This document shows positions 10,701 to 23,600 of a DNA stretch of 40,217 bases, in pieces; the first letter of the stretch is position 1, and the number at the start of each line of letters is the position of its first letter. The DNA is from Catajapyx aquilonaris (Eukaryota). The DNA lies in contig JYFJ02003567.1 in assembly GCA_000934665.2 (NCBI GenBank), positions 1 to 40,217 on the forward strand, given 5' to 3'. The notes beneath the pieces are model-generated. The model made no database searches. It saw nothing but the letters and a program-made list of their open reading frames with translations, and was not told where the DNA came from. The position numbers and the translations under genes are program-made.

Positions 10701-13700
10701 TATTATACTATTTCCCTTTCACTACTCCAAGATTATGTAATTTTTGTGAGGGCCAATGAAATCGCATATAAGAGAAAAAGACCGGTTTGGGCAGCAAAAA
10801 ACTTGATCGAAAAAAAACCGTCTCTCATCTCGCAATCACCTCATTTTCTTTCCATAACAGATGCTATCGTCCTTTAACTTACTAGGTACCAAATAATTAA
10901 TATTTCATCATTGTATTCATCCTTTCTCTTAATAAACCTTTGTGAGGTGTATTGTACGCATCATGAAAATGCAGGAAATTATTCGGCCTTTTAAAATGTT
11001 TTATGTTCCATTATGAACATTCTATTACATAAGAGATAACTTGTTTAATATTAAAATATTTCGCATAATGCAGGTAGGCTGAACTGGGGTTTTACAATAA
11101 ACTTGTTACCTGGTCCATAATATGATTAGAAGAGCAGATTTTCATGAATGGTAATCGGAGGGAAAGTTCAATAAAAATAAAAGGGGAGAGGAAGCAGGAA
11201 AGGAAAAAAAAAACAGTTGGACCATCAGTGGTATAGATTATTTTGGATTCGAGGATTAGGTGTATGAGAGGAGTCCTTGAAAGCCATATCGATTGCCATC
11301 CAATTTCCGCAGCCTTTTTTCTCCGACCCCCTATTGTTCTGGACCAGATGTCGAAGGAAAAGCCCATAGTGCCACAATATATCGCCAGACATGAACGAAA
11401 ATACTGTACAGCCTGCATATTTACTGTGTGCTATACATACCACCAATATGAATCCAAGTGGAAGCGGTGCTCCCACAGAGCGGCGAAATCTGCCACAAAC
11501 ATGTTAAATGACGGGTAATTACCAGGGCAGTTCAAGGTCATCAGCATGCAAGGTCACAACATTGGGAAGGGCATCGTCGATAAACTGCAGAAGGTTACGC
11601 ATATATTCTGCTATAGGCAAATCAAATGGACTGCAGCATTACAAAGTGGAATATCTGAAACCAGATTCCAAATTACCGTACGGTATATGTGCAAAGTTGT
11701 ACAGTATGAATTGTATGAATGATAAAGACACAACGACATCCAGGCATTGCATAGAATAACTTATTATTCGCATATCAGTATGAAATTCAGTGTTATAATT
11801 TTCTAAAAGCAGGCAAATGATTTGCCATACGTTGCAGAAACTAATACTGTGATGTTGGAAATAATATTAAGATGCAACTAGTCCGCCCATTGGCCAAATT
11901 AAAGTTGATATGTATACTAGAAAATATTCAAATTACTGTTTGTTTAATTACAGGCAGCAAGCGGAAATGACAATGACAATGGGTTCCACGTACAGTACGT
12001 ACAACCTTTCCAAAGAGATATTGAGCAATAATCTGCTCATGAAGGGGCATAAGCTAATAATATGACACTGATTCTAATTTCCTCTGGATACCATAGGCAT
12101 AGAAAAGGGCCCAATACAAAAAAAAAATGTTTCATTTAAAACACAGGACAGCAAAATACGCAAAGGATAGCATCAAGTGGCTGAATATGTGGCATGAAAT
12201 CAGTTTCCTGATACCTTTATTGTTAAGTTTAGAAGGTCGGTCACAGAATGTTATCACTCTTATCAGCAATTTATTCGTGTACTTTCCTATTTCTGATTCT
12301 ATTGTAGTGTTGCGCCACCACTTTATACTGTTGTTGAATATACCCTACATATACATGAAGCCGCAAACATTGTCTGATGTATAGCGTACAGTAGTAGCCT
12401 GATCTCCAGATGGGAGATAAGCAAATGTAATAAAATATATATCCTGCAATTGAAATAGACTGTAGACCAGAGTTATTCGTACTTACGCAGTGAGAAGACC
12501 TTTGAATGCAATAGCAATAACATAATAGTATTAAGTGATTCGAAGAGGCATTTTGTGTGTGTGTGAATCATGTAAATAATACTCCCCCCTTTCTCCTGGA
12601 TTTTACTTTATTTACAACATCTCCACATGTGTTACGATATGTATGATACATTGCACCGTTACATAATAATATTCTTCTTCACTATTTAGGACTATCGGAG
12701 CAAGCTACAACGTGGGACATTGGTAGAGCTGGGTCGAAGGACAACACGAAACAGTCACCACAGAACACGGAGTTTTGGAAGGTTGCAGGACGACGAAGAC
12801 ATGGACCTAATACAATGTTGGTGGGGGGACGTCGACGGGCCATTGTAGGCCTACCCTCACGGTACCCCCCACGTGCCAACTATTCATGGAAGACTTGGGA
12901 TTTTGTGCTTTGAGGAGTGCTTTTGCCTCCTCTGGCAATCGTAAACTTTGGTAAAATCATTAACAGTTTTTTTTTTCTTGGTGGATTAACTTGTCTCATT
13001 ACTTATCTTTGTTATAGTGGTCTTAAAAGCTCAATACAGAACGTTCTGGGGAAATGGGGTGGCTGACTTTCTGTTTGTAGCTTTTAAGGACACTATATAC
13101 AAGCTAACTTTATTATGGGAAGCACGTGGGTCGCTGAAGACACCCCGCCAGGGGAATAATCAACGTGCACAACTGCCGTGACGAGTCTCGACGCAGGTTT
13201 CTACTGGTTGGGTCGGGTCCATTCATTGTTGTGTATGAAAGTGATGCATGAATGTGTGAAGAAGGTGGTGGGTGAACTTTGATGGACCTCCCCTGACAAC
13301 TCTATAGTCGCGACAGTTGCAGAAAAAGACAGGCATAAATGCAAAATAAACAGAACAACCAAACTAGCTCCATCGTGCACAACAATTTACCTTCAGGTAC
13401 TGTAACATGGCCGGGACATAAGCCCCATACCCTCCCTCCCCCTCCCTTTCCCCCTTTCCCCCCAAAAAACCCAAAAAACTTCGACTCCTCCCCAAATCTC
13501 TTCTTTTAGATGCAATGTGGGGCCCATCCAACACGAAGATCGATTAATTCATCGACCGATTGATTTACCGAGGATCAACATATGCGGCGATAAGGAACAT
13601 GCCAGGAACGTTGGTTCTACATAAAATACATTTCTATATAATAATTATGAGCTTCAACAAATAAATAGAAATCAACAGTCTCGAATTATCACAGTTACAG

Positions 13701-14875
13701 TGAGGCGTCAGCATTGCTTTGTTGTGGTGGATCGAGATCAGTCAGTCATTCGTGCACACACGGGTATCGTCATGTGTGCATGGATGACGAGAAATCCCAC
13801 ACTCACGCAAGAAGGATCGTGCAACTGATTCGGAGACAACGAAAGTCTGAGGTGACACATGGACAATCTCGAGGACAACGGCATTTTCGTTGTGTTTGTG
13901 AAATCGGTATGAATCATGAACTGAATCGGATCATTGTTGCGGTGGGCGCCACTGCAACACAACAATCAGCTTCATCTGTGGAGCAGCAAAATTTTTCTTT
14001 AAAAGCAAACAATGCGAGCATCGAGATGGTCACGGGGTGACCGTCTGCAAGCTTCTAACACAACGGTTGACGTTCCTTCCTCGGGTGGAGAAGATGGAGA
14101 AGGACTCCGACGTAGGAAGTTATACATAATTATATATATTTTTTGTTTCATTGGGTCCTTCCTGTCCGAGCCCGTCTCCTACTTCGCCTCCGTACAAAGG
14201 CGAAGGAACACCGTTGCGAATCTACGTCTTTATTGTCGCGTCACAACATCCCTTTGGTTCCCGACGGTGGGACTACGGCGTCTCGTCAACGGAAGCGAAA
14301 AGACAAAGAACGACACTGGAACGAAGCAGCCCTAAGAACACACTTTTAAAAGTCCTCAGGTTCGGTGCTCATCCTTCCCATTATTGCCCTGACACATGTT
14401 GTTTGGTGTTCTTCGTTTTTAGACTACTATACATAGTTTAACACGCTTCTAATCCTAACATGGCGATATATGATACAACCCATCATACACATAAAACAGT
14501 GTACAATGTCCATTAATATTTCGCATGATAATCAACAAATACGTTTTTCAATGAACAACGTCTATAAATATTATGCTCTTCTCGTCAGTTTCAAGACTAA
14601 TATATAGTTATCTCCTCCAGACTGTACACAACAAAACATACTATACAGGACTATGTCAAAAGTCACACTGTGTGTGAATGGCAGTACTGAGAGACGGGGA
14701 AATGGGGAATGGTCGTTTTTATAAGAACTAATTGAAGTGGTTTTTGGGGGTCTGAAAGAAGACATCAAGAAGGTGGTGGTGGTAGGAAAGGTGTATGGGA
14801 AGGGTCCCGGAGCGCCATTCTGCGATGTGATGCAGCAGGTGACTTGATATTTTATAGGACGGGGAAAGGGGTCCT

Positions 14876-15049
14876 CTACAGGTCATGACCCAACCGCTCT
14901 AGCTCTTCTATGAGGAAGTCTATGTCCTCCTTCAACACGGCGGGATTGGAGGTGATGTTTCGGAAGAAGTTTGGCTTCCCCACTTCTGGTTGGTACCCGA
15001 TCATCAAGGTTCCCGCGTTCATCATGCGCCCTTTCAGCACAGGCGTGAT
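14876..15049 (-). CDS. Gad1: Gad1 last coding exon ([10 protein letters not shown]...NFFR...ERLGHDL*)
   Basis: TAG acceptor; TAG stop at 14876-14878. Confidence 0.96.
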   Translation of the reverse strand: MTPVLKGRMMNAGTLMIGYQPEVGKPNFFRNITSNPAVLKEDIDFLIEELERLGHDL

Positions 15050-18000
15050 CTATGATTGGCCCCCATCCCAAGGCATGAGTATGTAGAACTACACAATCAT
15101 TGTGACAGTCCAACTACAGTAAACAAAATCTTACTGACCTCTCCCAAGATGCGCTCTCGCTCGGGACCATGAGGCATGGAGCGCAGGCGTTTCGGGATGT
15201 ACCAGAAACTTACGTTGACCAGTTCTGGCTCTGGGACGAGCATGTGGAATTTGTCCGGCTGTTCCTTCAGTTTTTGGGTCAGGTACTCGCTCATTTCCAT
15301 TAGGTGGTTCATGTGCTTCTCGTATCCCTCAGTCCCCTGCGATAAGGAAGAAACCCATATTTCTCTCGAACGCGACCATGTTGGACGAACGTACCTTAGA
15401 ACGCCACATAAGCCACAGCTTGAAAATATCGTTGTGGCGGCCACATTGGATCACCTTATCGCCAGTGTCATACTGCACATCATAGTGCTTGTCCTGCTGG
15501 AACAGGTAGTCTGCGCACATCTGGTTGCAGCTGATCAGCAAACCCTGGAAAAGTCACGCTTAACAATCGACAATGCACATGCGTGGGATCATACTCACAT
15601 CCTCCTGGAAATGCACGGTAGAGCACTGCAACAACGAGCCCATCAGCTTGTGCGGGTTCCATGTCACAGACTTGGCCCTGCAATGATAAACGAGCCGCAC
15701 TCATTAGGCGCCCAAGCCCACTAATTACCCGCGCTAATGCCGTTCCGAATGAAAAGCCATTGGTTGCGGCTCATGAATCCTGTGCTCCCCCCCCCCCCCC
15801 CCCCCCCANCCCGCACCCATCACAATAGGCTTTTCGCCCCCGAATCGCCCCTCAATTGCCCTAAGTGCGCGCCTGCAGAGAACACTTGAAAGCTGCCAAG
15901 TTTGGCCGAAAGACGGCGTTTTCAAATTTCAACGCCTACATTGCGCGCCTCTCGTGGCCTTACTTTTCCAATTGGAGAATAGGCTAGTTTTAAGTCCATC
16001 TCACCATGGCCGCAGATAAGCCAGCCCAGCACCAATAAGGAAGGCTTAACTATGCAGAGCAGGCCTTGGGGAGTGATGAAAGAGGGACATTAAAATTCAA
16101 TTACCACTCTTTCCAGTGCTGGGCCCCGTCTGGAGCAGATGACGCCAGCAGCCCGCCTGCCTCTTTCAGTTTGGGACTCGCTCCAGAATGGAGTAGATAG
16201 ATGGGCCAAAGTTGGGAAGGGGATTAGAAGGGGGGAAGGGGAAGGGAATTGTCGATTTCTGTCTATTTCATATTTCGATGGGCATGATACACTTTTTTTG
16301 CTTGGATTTATGGGATGATGAGGATAAGCGACTACTCACCGCTCGATTCCGGTCAGACGAGGATGACGGTACTTTTTGGACAGCAGAAGGCCACCTCCCC
16401 ATGCAGCCTGGAATGACAGCATATGTATACTTTGAGAACGGTACTATCACCCAAACAAGGATTGTTAACCTCCTGGCTTGGATACAACCTATTGCAGAGA
16501 TGTGTGTTGCTTATCTGACCCCGTCCCTTATCTGCTTTGCTCGGCATCGGAGCCTCTTTGGATATAGTTGGCCTTACTGGCGTGCTGGAGGCAGGCGGAT
16601 AGTAGTCGGTGGGGGCAGCGGGCTGTGTCGCAAAGGCAAGGATAAAGGATAGGCGTGTATCCGCTGAAGATAGGTCTGTATGGCTGAAGGGTCTGTATCC
16701 GCAAGGAAGTAAGGTTAGGCTTGGTTAGGTTAGGTTGGTACAGCATACCCATTCCAAAATCCAAAAAAATCCATCCTTGAATCCTTGCCTTTGCGACACA
16801 GCCAAGCTGCCCCCAGCCACCACTCACCCTGTCGCCTCACGCACGCCAGTAATAAGGCCCTCTTTCCGCCTCTTTAGCTGTCTTTGTGGACACACACAAT
16901 GCACACCTGTGCAATGGGTTGCATCCAAGCGAGGATAACCCACGACAATCCTTGTTTGGGCCATTGTACAGTACTTGAATCGCTGGACCAATGAGAGAAA
17001 GGAAACAGAAACACTCACGTCGACGTGCATCCACATGCCATACTTGTCGCAGATATCAGCCACCTTTTCAATAGGATCAAAAGCGCCATAGACAGTCGTT
17101 CCGGCCGTGCAGTTGACGAAAAAGGGCACCTGACCTTTGGCCTTGGCCTCACGCACCAGTCGTTCCAGCTCCTCGGGGATCATCTTCCCTCTACATGCAA
17201 AAAACAAACAAAATGTGAAGAAATGTGGACTTGGAAAGCAATAGCAAGCACAAATGATTCGTAGGCGTACCTCTCGTCGCAGGGCACTTCGACGCAATGC
17301 TCGGTTCCAAGACCAGTCACAGCAGCTGAGCTCTTGATGGAATAATGGCTCTGCAAAAAAAGTTTTTTTTTTGTTACATATGACTTGTTCATTTTTCAAA
17401 GGTATGTTGCAAACTTACGTGTTCAGACGTATACATGACCAGTTGCCCTTGAAGGACCTTGACCCCACCCTGTTTACAGGCAGGGAACATCTTGTGGCGG
17501 GCCACAATCACGGCGTACAGATTGGAAATGGAACCGCCTAGAAGATAGGCCAAACCAACACTGAATCAAATGTACAGTAGCTTGCGCACAAAAGCAACTT
17601 TCAATAAAGCAGCAATAATTCTATTTCAATGTCAATAGCAATGTAATAATTGACCCAATTATTTATCAAAAATGAATATTACTCCACTTTTTTCCTAAAT
17701 ATTCACGGAAGCGCACACATTTTGCTGTAACCAACATACACAGAGCTCTCATAAAAATCGGTCCTACCTGGAGCCAAAATGCTGTCGCCCTTGGTGAAAC
17801 CTATGATCTGGCGCATTTTCTGCAGGACCACAGATTCCATGAGGATGAAGACCGGGGCGATCTCATAGGTGAACATGTTAGTGTTGGCCGCAGCAGTTAA
17901 CCATTCACCAGCCATAGACACAATGTCCAAACCGCATGACAGCTGATTGAAGAATCGGGGGTGTCCTGAGGAGACGAATCCAAGGCTCGCCCAGTGGCAA

Positions 18001-20543
18001 GGAAGTCAAAAAGGAAACCGGGAGACAACTATGTTGGTTTCTCTTTTTTTTCCTCACATTTTTTGTCTGTATAAGCTACATGGCACGGATTTGAATAAGC
18101 TTGGGGAGGGGCTCAGTTTGAGTGGCGAAAGAGCAATCAATTACCTCCAGCCCTTATCGCAGGGGGACTCTCTCTCCGGGGAATCCTTTGCAGCAGGCCA
18201 GGGGGAGCTATTCATCCCCCTCATTCTCCCTTCTCCCCCCCATCTATGCCCCTCACACACACAACTCTTATGTCCATTGCTATGCAAAAAAGGAGGGTCC
18301 CGCAAACCCTGATATCTCGGCTGCCAGTGATTAGCTTGGCCGCAATATGCTAAAGTTATCGGGCGACAGGAGGCCGGAAGGGAGTCCCTCAATCTACACT
18401 GATTCTCCCCCACTCAAAATATACCCCCTGGGTGACAACCGATTCACACTTATCCCCCTACTTCCCTCCCTCGACCCAATACTCAATTACAGCTCAGCTA
18501 CAATCGAGGGAGACCAATGTCAACATATTTGGAAGGCTGACGTAAAATCCAACATTGTTGCACCTGGTCTGACCACGAGAATACTGAAAGTGGCAGAAAA
18601 TGTTGCACCCCGCTGGGATTCGAACCCAGGACCTCAGTACCCCGACCATGGAGGCATGCGCTCTAACCCCTGAGCTACAGGATGCAGACAACATTAGTTC
18701 CCCACTTGTAAAGTATTCTCGATCATATCCATTCACAGGTGCATACATTCATTCATAGCCCCCCCCCCCTCCATCTCCCAATTTACCCCTCCATCCTTCA
18801 AATTACACATGGCAGACTGGAATCCAAACATCGATTTCCAAAGAGGCGGCTGTCAGCTCGCAATCCCCGATTACTTAAGCTACAGGCTGCGGGCTGCCAT
18901 GCTTGACTGACCAGCAGCCAAAAGGGGAAGTGAACCATGAGTGCAAGTTTGCTGATCCGAAAGCACAGGGTGGATGTGGACTAGGGAAGAGGTGGTGGTA
19001 GAGAGACCCTCATCTCTTCAGCATCCCCCACCCCGGATTTCAATAGGGGGAAAACAAGTACGGGGGCTCCGGGTCTTGATTGCACTGCTTTTCGCACGTG
19101 GGAAACAATGCAGGACAGACCCCTTCGAAATTGGTCCTCCCTCCAAACAGCCTCATCTCTTTGTTCGAATTCAGATTCTGCTCTGTCTGGGGGATAAGGA
19201 ATTTGCTCGGTAGTTGAATGGGTTGCAATAACAAACCACCCAAACGCACATTCATCAGAAGCCATCCCCTTTCCTATTCTCAACATCAAAAAAGGAAATG
19301 CGGAATTAGGGTCTTCGGAATTGGCATTGTCAAGGAGGGGTAATCACCGCTATTCTGGAGACTTATTGGCTCGATATTAGTTTGGATTGATCCTTTGCGC
19401 CTGATGGCTGATTTTAAGTTGGACAAGAGAGGTGTATAGGTTGCGGATAGGTCAGGATATCAGCGTAAAAATGTGAGTCAGCCCCATGAATATACTATCA
19501 ATAGCTCTATTAAACAAAACGAAATGTGGGCTAAGAGGCACTTTTGGTACAGTATATCTTCATTGTTTCAGTCGCTGGAAGTGACGTTTGCATTTCATAT
19601 CTGTTCTCATCTCGGGGAGACAAATGGCCCGGATTTGGACTCAGGCCCAGACCTTGATCCTTTTGAGCCGTGCCTTATTGAATGGAGAGACCCGTTGTTG
19701 ATGATTTCCCTCTCTTCCCCCCATTTTCCTTACTCTGGCCCAAAGCAAGGAAAGAATGACGGAGGAGGGGAATGAAGTCGGGAGGCAGTTATAGCCAATT
19801 TGGAAACCGGATGGCTGAACTGTGACTATAGGGAAAAAAAAGAAGTCCTTCTAAATCCCTCTGGAGCAACTACCCACTCGGGTTACTTCCGCCTCTTGTA
19901 ATCCATTGCCCGTTTATTCCCCCCCCCCCCTCCCCCTCCCATCCAGTACTATCCTGCCCTTGTCAGCTTAACAAATGGCCCCGTCAAGAAGCGGGATTAG
20001 GCCCGGATTTTTCTCCCCCCAAGGAACGGGAGCGGGTATTAGTAACGACTTACTCATCGACGGCCATCACAACGGCGCCTGCTCACCGACACCTGCTTTG
20101 CTATCGTCATTAGGACTGCAGATCTGAGAGGGTTTTACTTCCGAAAGATTCCTAAGGAATTAATTGATTCTATGGTAGGGGGAGTTTTTTTTTTCCTCGG
20201 TGGGATCTGAAGCAGGATGACGCAGGATTGTAGTCACTACACGACAGCTCAACAATAGGCCGAATTTAAAAACTAGTAGGCCTACCCTAGTAGCCTAGTA
20301 GGCCTAGTAGCAATATGCCTAGTAGTCCTACCCAAGTAGCGCAACACATTCGGTGATAAACTTGAAATTGCATAAACACTGTTTAATGGGGCCATTCATG
20401 TCCCATGCAGGAACCGAGCCTGAATTTGGCATGACACAAGTAACTCCTTGAATCTGCCCACCAATAATTCCTATTCAACAGTGGACTTTGCCTCAGTGTT
20501 AAGAGAACTTACAAGTACCAAATCCTGTTATTTCAAGAGAAGT

Positions 20544-20602
<59 letters not shown>

Positions 20603-23600
20603 AGAGAGAGTCTGTATATCGAGCGTGGAGAGAGTGAGTGAGGGAGGGATGGATTTAGTAGGGCCCACACCAGCTGTGCCTGACAGCCACATTAGATCCT
20701 GGCGTCAGCTGGGTCGCCTCACTGCGCACTTCTGCTATGTTCAAGTTTTGTGTTGAGCCCCTCAACTCTCTGGAGAACTTGCTGCCACTATGTGATAAAA
20801 GGATTTCCATCCGCGAAATGTGCTGCAGAGCCTGCATCAGCTAGCCCTTTATCAACAAATATGCCTACGCAAATATACCCCACCCTCCTCTAGGCTTTGT
20901 CTATTCTTTTCAGGTGGGCAATTTTAGGATGATGCATAGGCCTGCTTGATGTATGGGGCTCAAATTGTTTTGGCCACTTTATCCTGGTCTTGAAGCAACC
21001 CTTCACACACACACACCTGCTCACCGTTGGGCATGTACGAAGGGTTACTTCAAGACCAGGATAAAGTGGCCAAAACAATTTGGGCCTCAGAGCACAATAT
21101 TTTACGGGGACGCGGGACGTAATCATGGTCTTAAAATACTAAGATCGGGACACTCCCTCTTAGCGCCTGCCGGGGCGTTTTGCATGAGGTGCTCACTTGA
21201 GAGCGCTATGACACAGCTTTTCATTGCGCTATTATGTGGAGACCCTATCGGACTACGCTGAACTTAGGTAGAAGAGAAGCCGCTACATGCGGGCCCAACA
21301 TGGCCACCGGCGACCATGTTGGGTCCCCCAATGTAGTTCTTCCCTTTTGTACCTATAAAGTTCAGCGTAGTACGGTAGGGTCGCCACATAATAGCGCAGT
21401 GAAAGGTCCCATGGCGCTCTCAGGTGAGCACCTCATGCGGCAGGCGGCAGGCGATAAGATAAGATTGTAGGGGAAGTGTCCGGGAGCTGGACGTAATAGA
21501 AGTTCTCTGTTTACTCGAGCGTTCAAGTCTCCCAGTCTTGCGGATAAGCCGAAACAGTTTCTGTTGGTAAAATGTGTACGTACCTGTTTTGACCTGGTAC
21601 TTCAAGGCATCCTTGCAGTCGCACAGAAGCTGGTCCAAATTCTGTGGCTTTTCCGTGATGCTGAGGTCCATCACCTCCTTGAGCTGGTCCGGATGGTGGA
21701 AATCCAGGATTTTGCAGGAGCGGTCATTACTCTTCTGGATAAAGTCGAGGCAGATGTCCACTACCCTCAGAAGGAACTCCCTGGTTGGTGGGTACGCACC
21801 CTTGGACACCGGAAGGATGTCTGGCAGGGCGGCAAAAGGAAGGAGGCATGGAAAAATCAGGAGGCGTACAGTAATTCAAGTCACGCGACCCTCCCTCGTC
21901 ACGCTCCATTGAATGCCAATAGCGGAGCCAAATGTGTCGCAAATAGCTTGGGTCACCTCCCTGAGCGTCTCCCGCAAATCCAATTTGCGGCCGGGACCCT
22001 TCCGCCGCAATCGGCTCCTTTGTCTGCCATGTATCTCTCCCCAGGCCCCCCTAGCTCGGCTTGCAAAATCGGGTTATTTTCTTCAATGCTGGAATTAATT
22101 GGGCTTAAAAAGAGAGGAAAATGTGGAGGATGGACAGCGGAAATGAAACCTTCTTTCTCGGGTCCTTTCAAGCAAATCAGTGCTTTGGAAGCAGTGGAGC
22201 GGGGAATTGTTGGGGAAATACTTGAACAGCCGATGTCTCTGGGGATGTGATGAGACTTTGAATTGCTGCTTACTGATGGAAGTTATTTATTATGCATCAG
22301 TTATTATGAGAGGCTCCATCTTGTTCTGCAACTGTAGCTTATATTTGTATAAAAATATTAGCAGGATTTAAATGGAATGAATGAACTATAATATGCATAA
22401 CAATACAATGTTAACGGTGTCAGAGTCGGAAATTCAATTAGTTAAAACTTGCATACACGGTTGACAACATTGCATTCTACACACTCCCTAGTAGGGATAA
22501 AGGTAATGCAGGAAATGGAGGAAAATATATAGGTTTGTACAGTACTATCGGGTTCAATACTTTTGGCCACTTTATCCTGGTCTTGACTTTACACACACTA
22601 TACACACACACCTCCTTAACGTGGGGTCTGTGCGAAGGGTTGCTTCAAGACCAGGATAAAGTGGCCAAAAGTATTTGAACCCGATAGTACAAAACAAGAA
22701 TAAAAGAGGAGGGATCAGTAAATTCTTGTGGCAGGTGGTAGCGATAGAGAAGAAAAGTAATAGGATAAGGAAAGGAGAAAAAGAGAGATTTGAATATACT
22801 GTAAGCAATATTGCAAGTGGTTTGCTTATGATGTGGTTATAACTGTATGATTTTGCAATGATTTTGTGATTATTTTCGATTAAACAATAATCAAGTGTGA
22901 AAACATTGAAGAGTAAAATGCTAGAGCGAGACAAAAACCTCTGTAAAAGAATTTCTTCACCTAGCACATTCGCGCAATGCACATAAGTTAGGCAAACAAA
23001 GGGATTTTTTTTACTGTTCCAATAATTGATTGTTTCAAGAACTGAATACACTATACCATTTTACAACACTTAATGTTCATGTAGCTAGTTTTCCTGCTAC
23101 CCCTTGAATTTTGCGAATTACAATTATTTTCCTACCACCACTGACCCTCAAGAGCCTAAAAAACCTCCGCAATTACCCAAATCATCACATGCATACGAGT
23201 GCACAATTATAATTCGCAAAAAAAAGGCGCAAGAGAGAGATGGACAGCAGAGGCAACAAAGCAGATGATTTGCAACACCCTAACGTGTTTACGAAAGAGC
23301 TCGAAATAATCTGCAAACAAAACACTGTGGTCCGCAGATTAGTGGCCGATGGCTGAGTGTTTGGGAATGGAAAATCCCCTCTCCTCTTTTCAAATAATAA
23401 TAAAAAGAGTGGACCATCCACGCAAATGGCATGCAGTCTTTTCCCCCCCACCCCATCTCTTGACTCACGCCTTGAAAGCGTCGATATCGACTTGAAACAA
23501 TTTCATCGATTCGATCCGCCACAGCTTTTGATTGCGACTGGCTCGACACATCTGTGCCTTCCTTTATATATATATAACCCCCTCCCTCGTTTAATTAAAG

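Noticed and set aside
11092..11759. Overlapping 83-108 aa ORFs with some splice-like signals
   Set aside because: No homology recognised and no coherent exon chain.
13134..13160. CTGAAGA plus a small stem, resembling a hammerhead ribozyme core
   Set aside because: No GAAA core after stem II and no stems I or III.
14850..14878. Stop-codon readthrough of Gad1
   Set aside because: TAG-A is not a leaky context and an in-frame TAA follows after 7 codons.
15729..15815. Minus-strand AxWGGG...MSRN...NGI resembling a duplicate of Gad1 exon 7
   Set aside because: The glycines come from a poly-G run next to an N, the two parts are in different frames, there is no nearby acceptor and the donor phase is wrong. 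The true exon is at 16340-16407.
19899..19999. TAATCC (Pitx/UNC-30-type) sites in Gad1 intron 2
   Set aside because: This hexamer occurs across the window at about chance frequency.
21564..22250. 228-aa plus-strand ORF, and likewise 15176-15724 and 16212-16652
   Set aside because: Antisense shadows of Gad1 exons with no recognisable domain.
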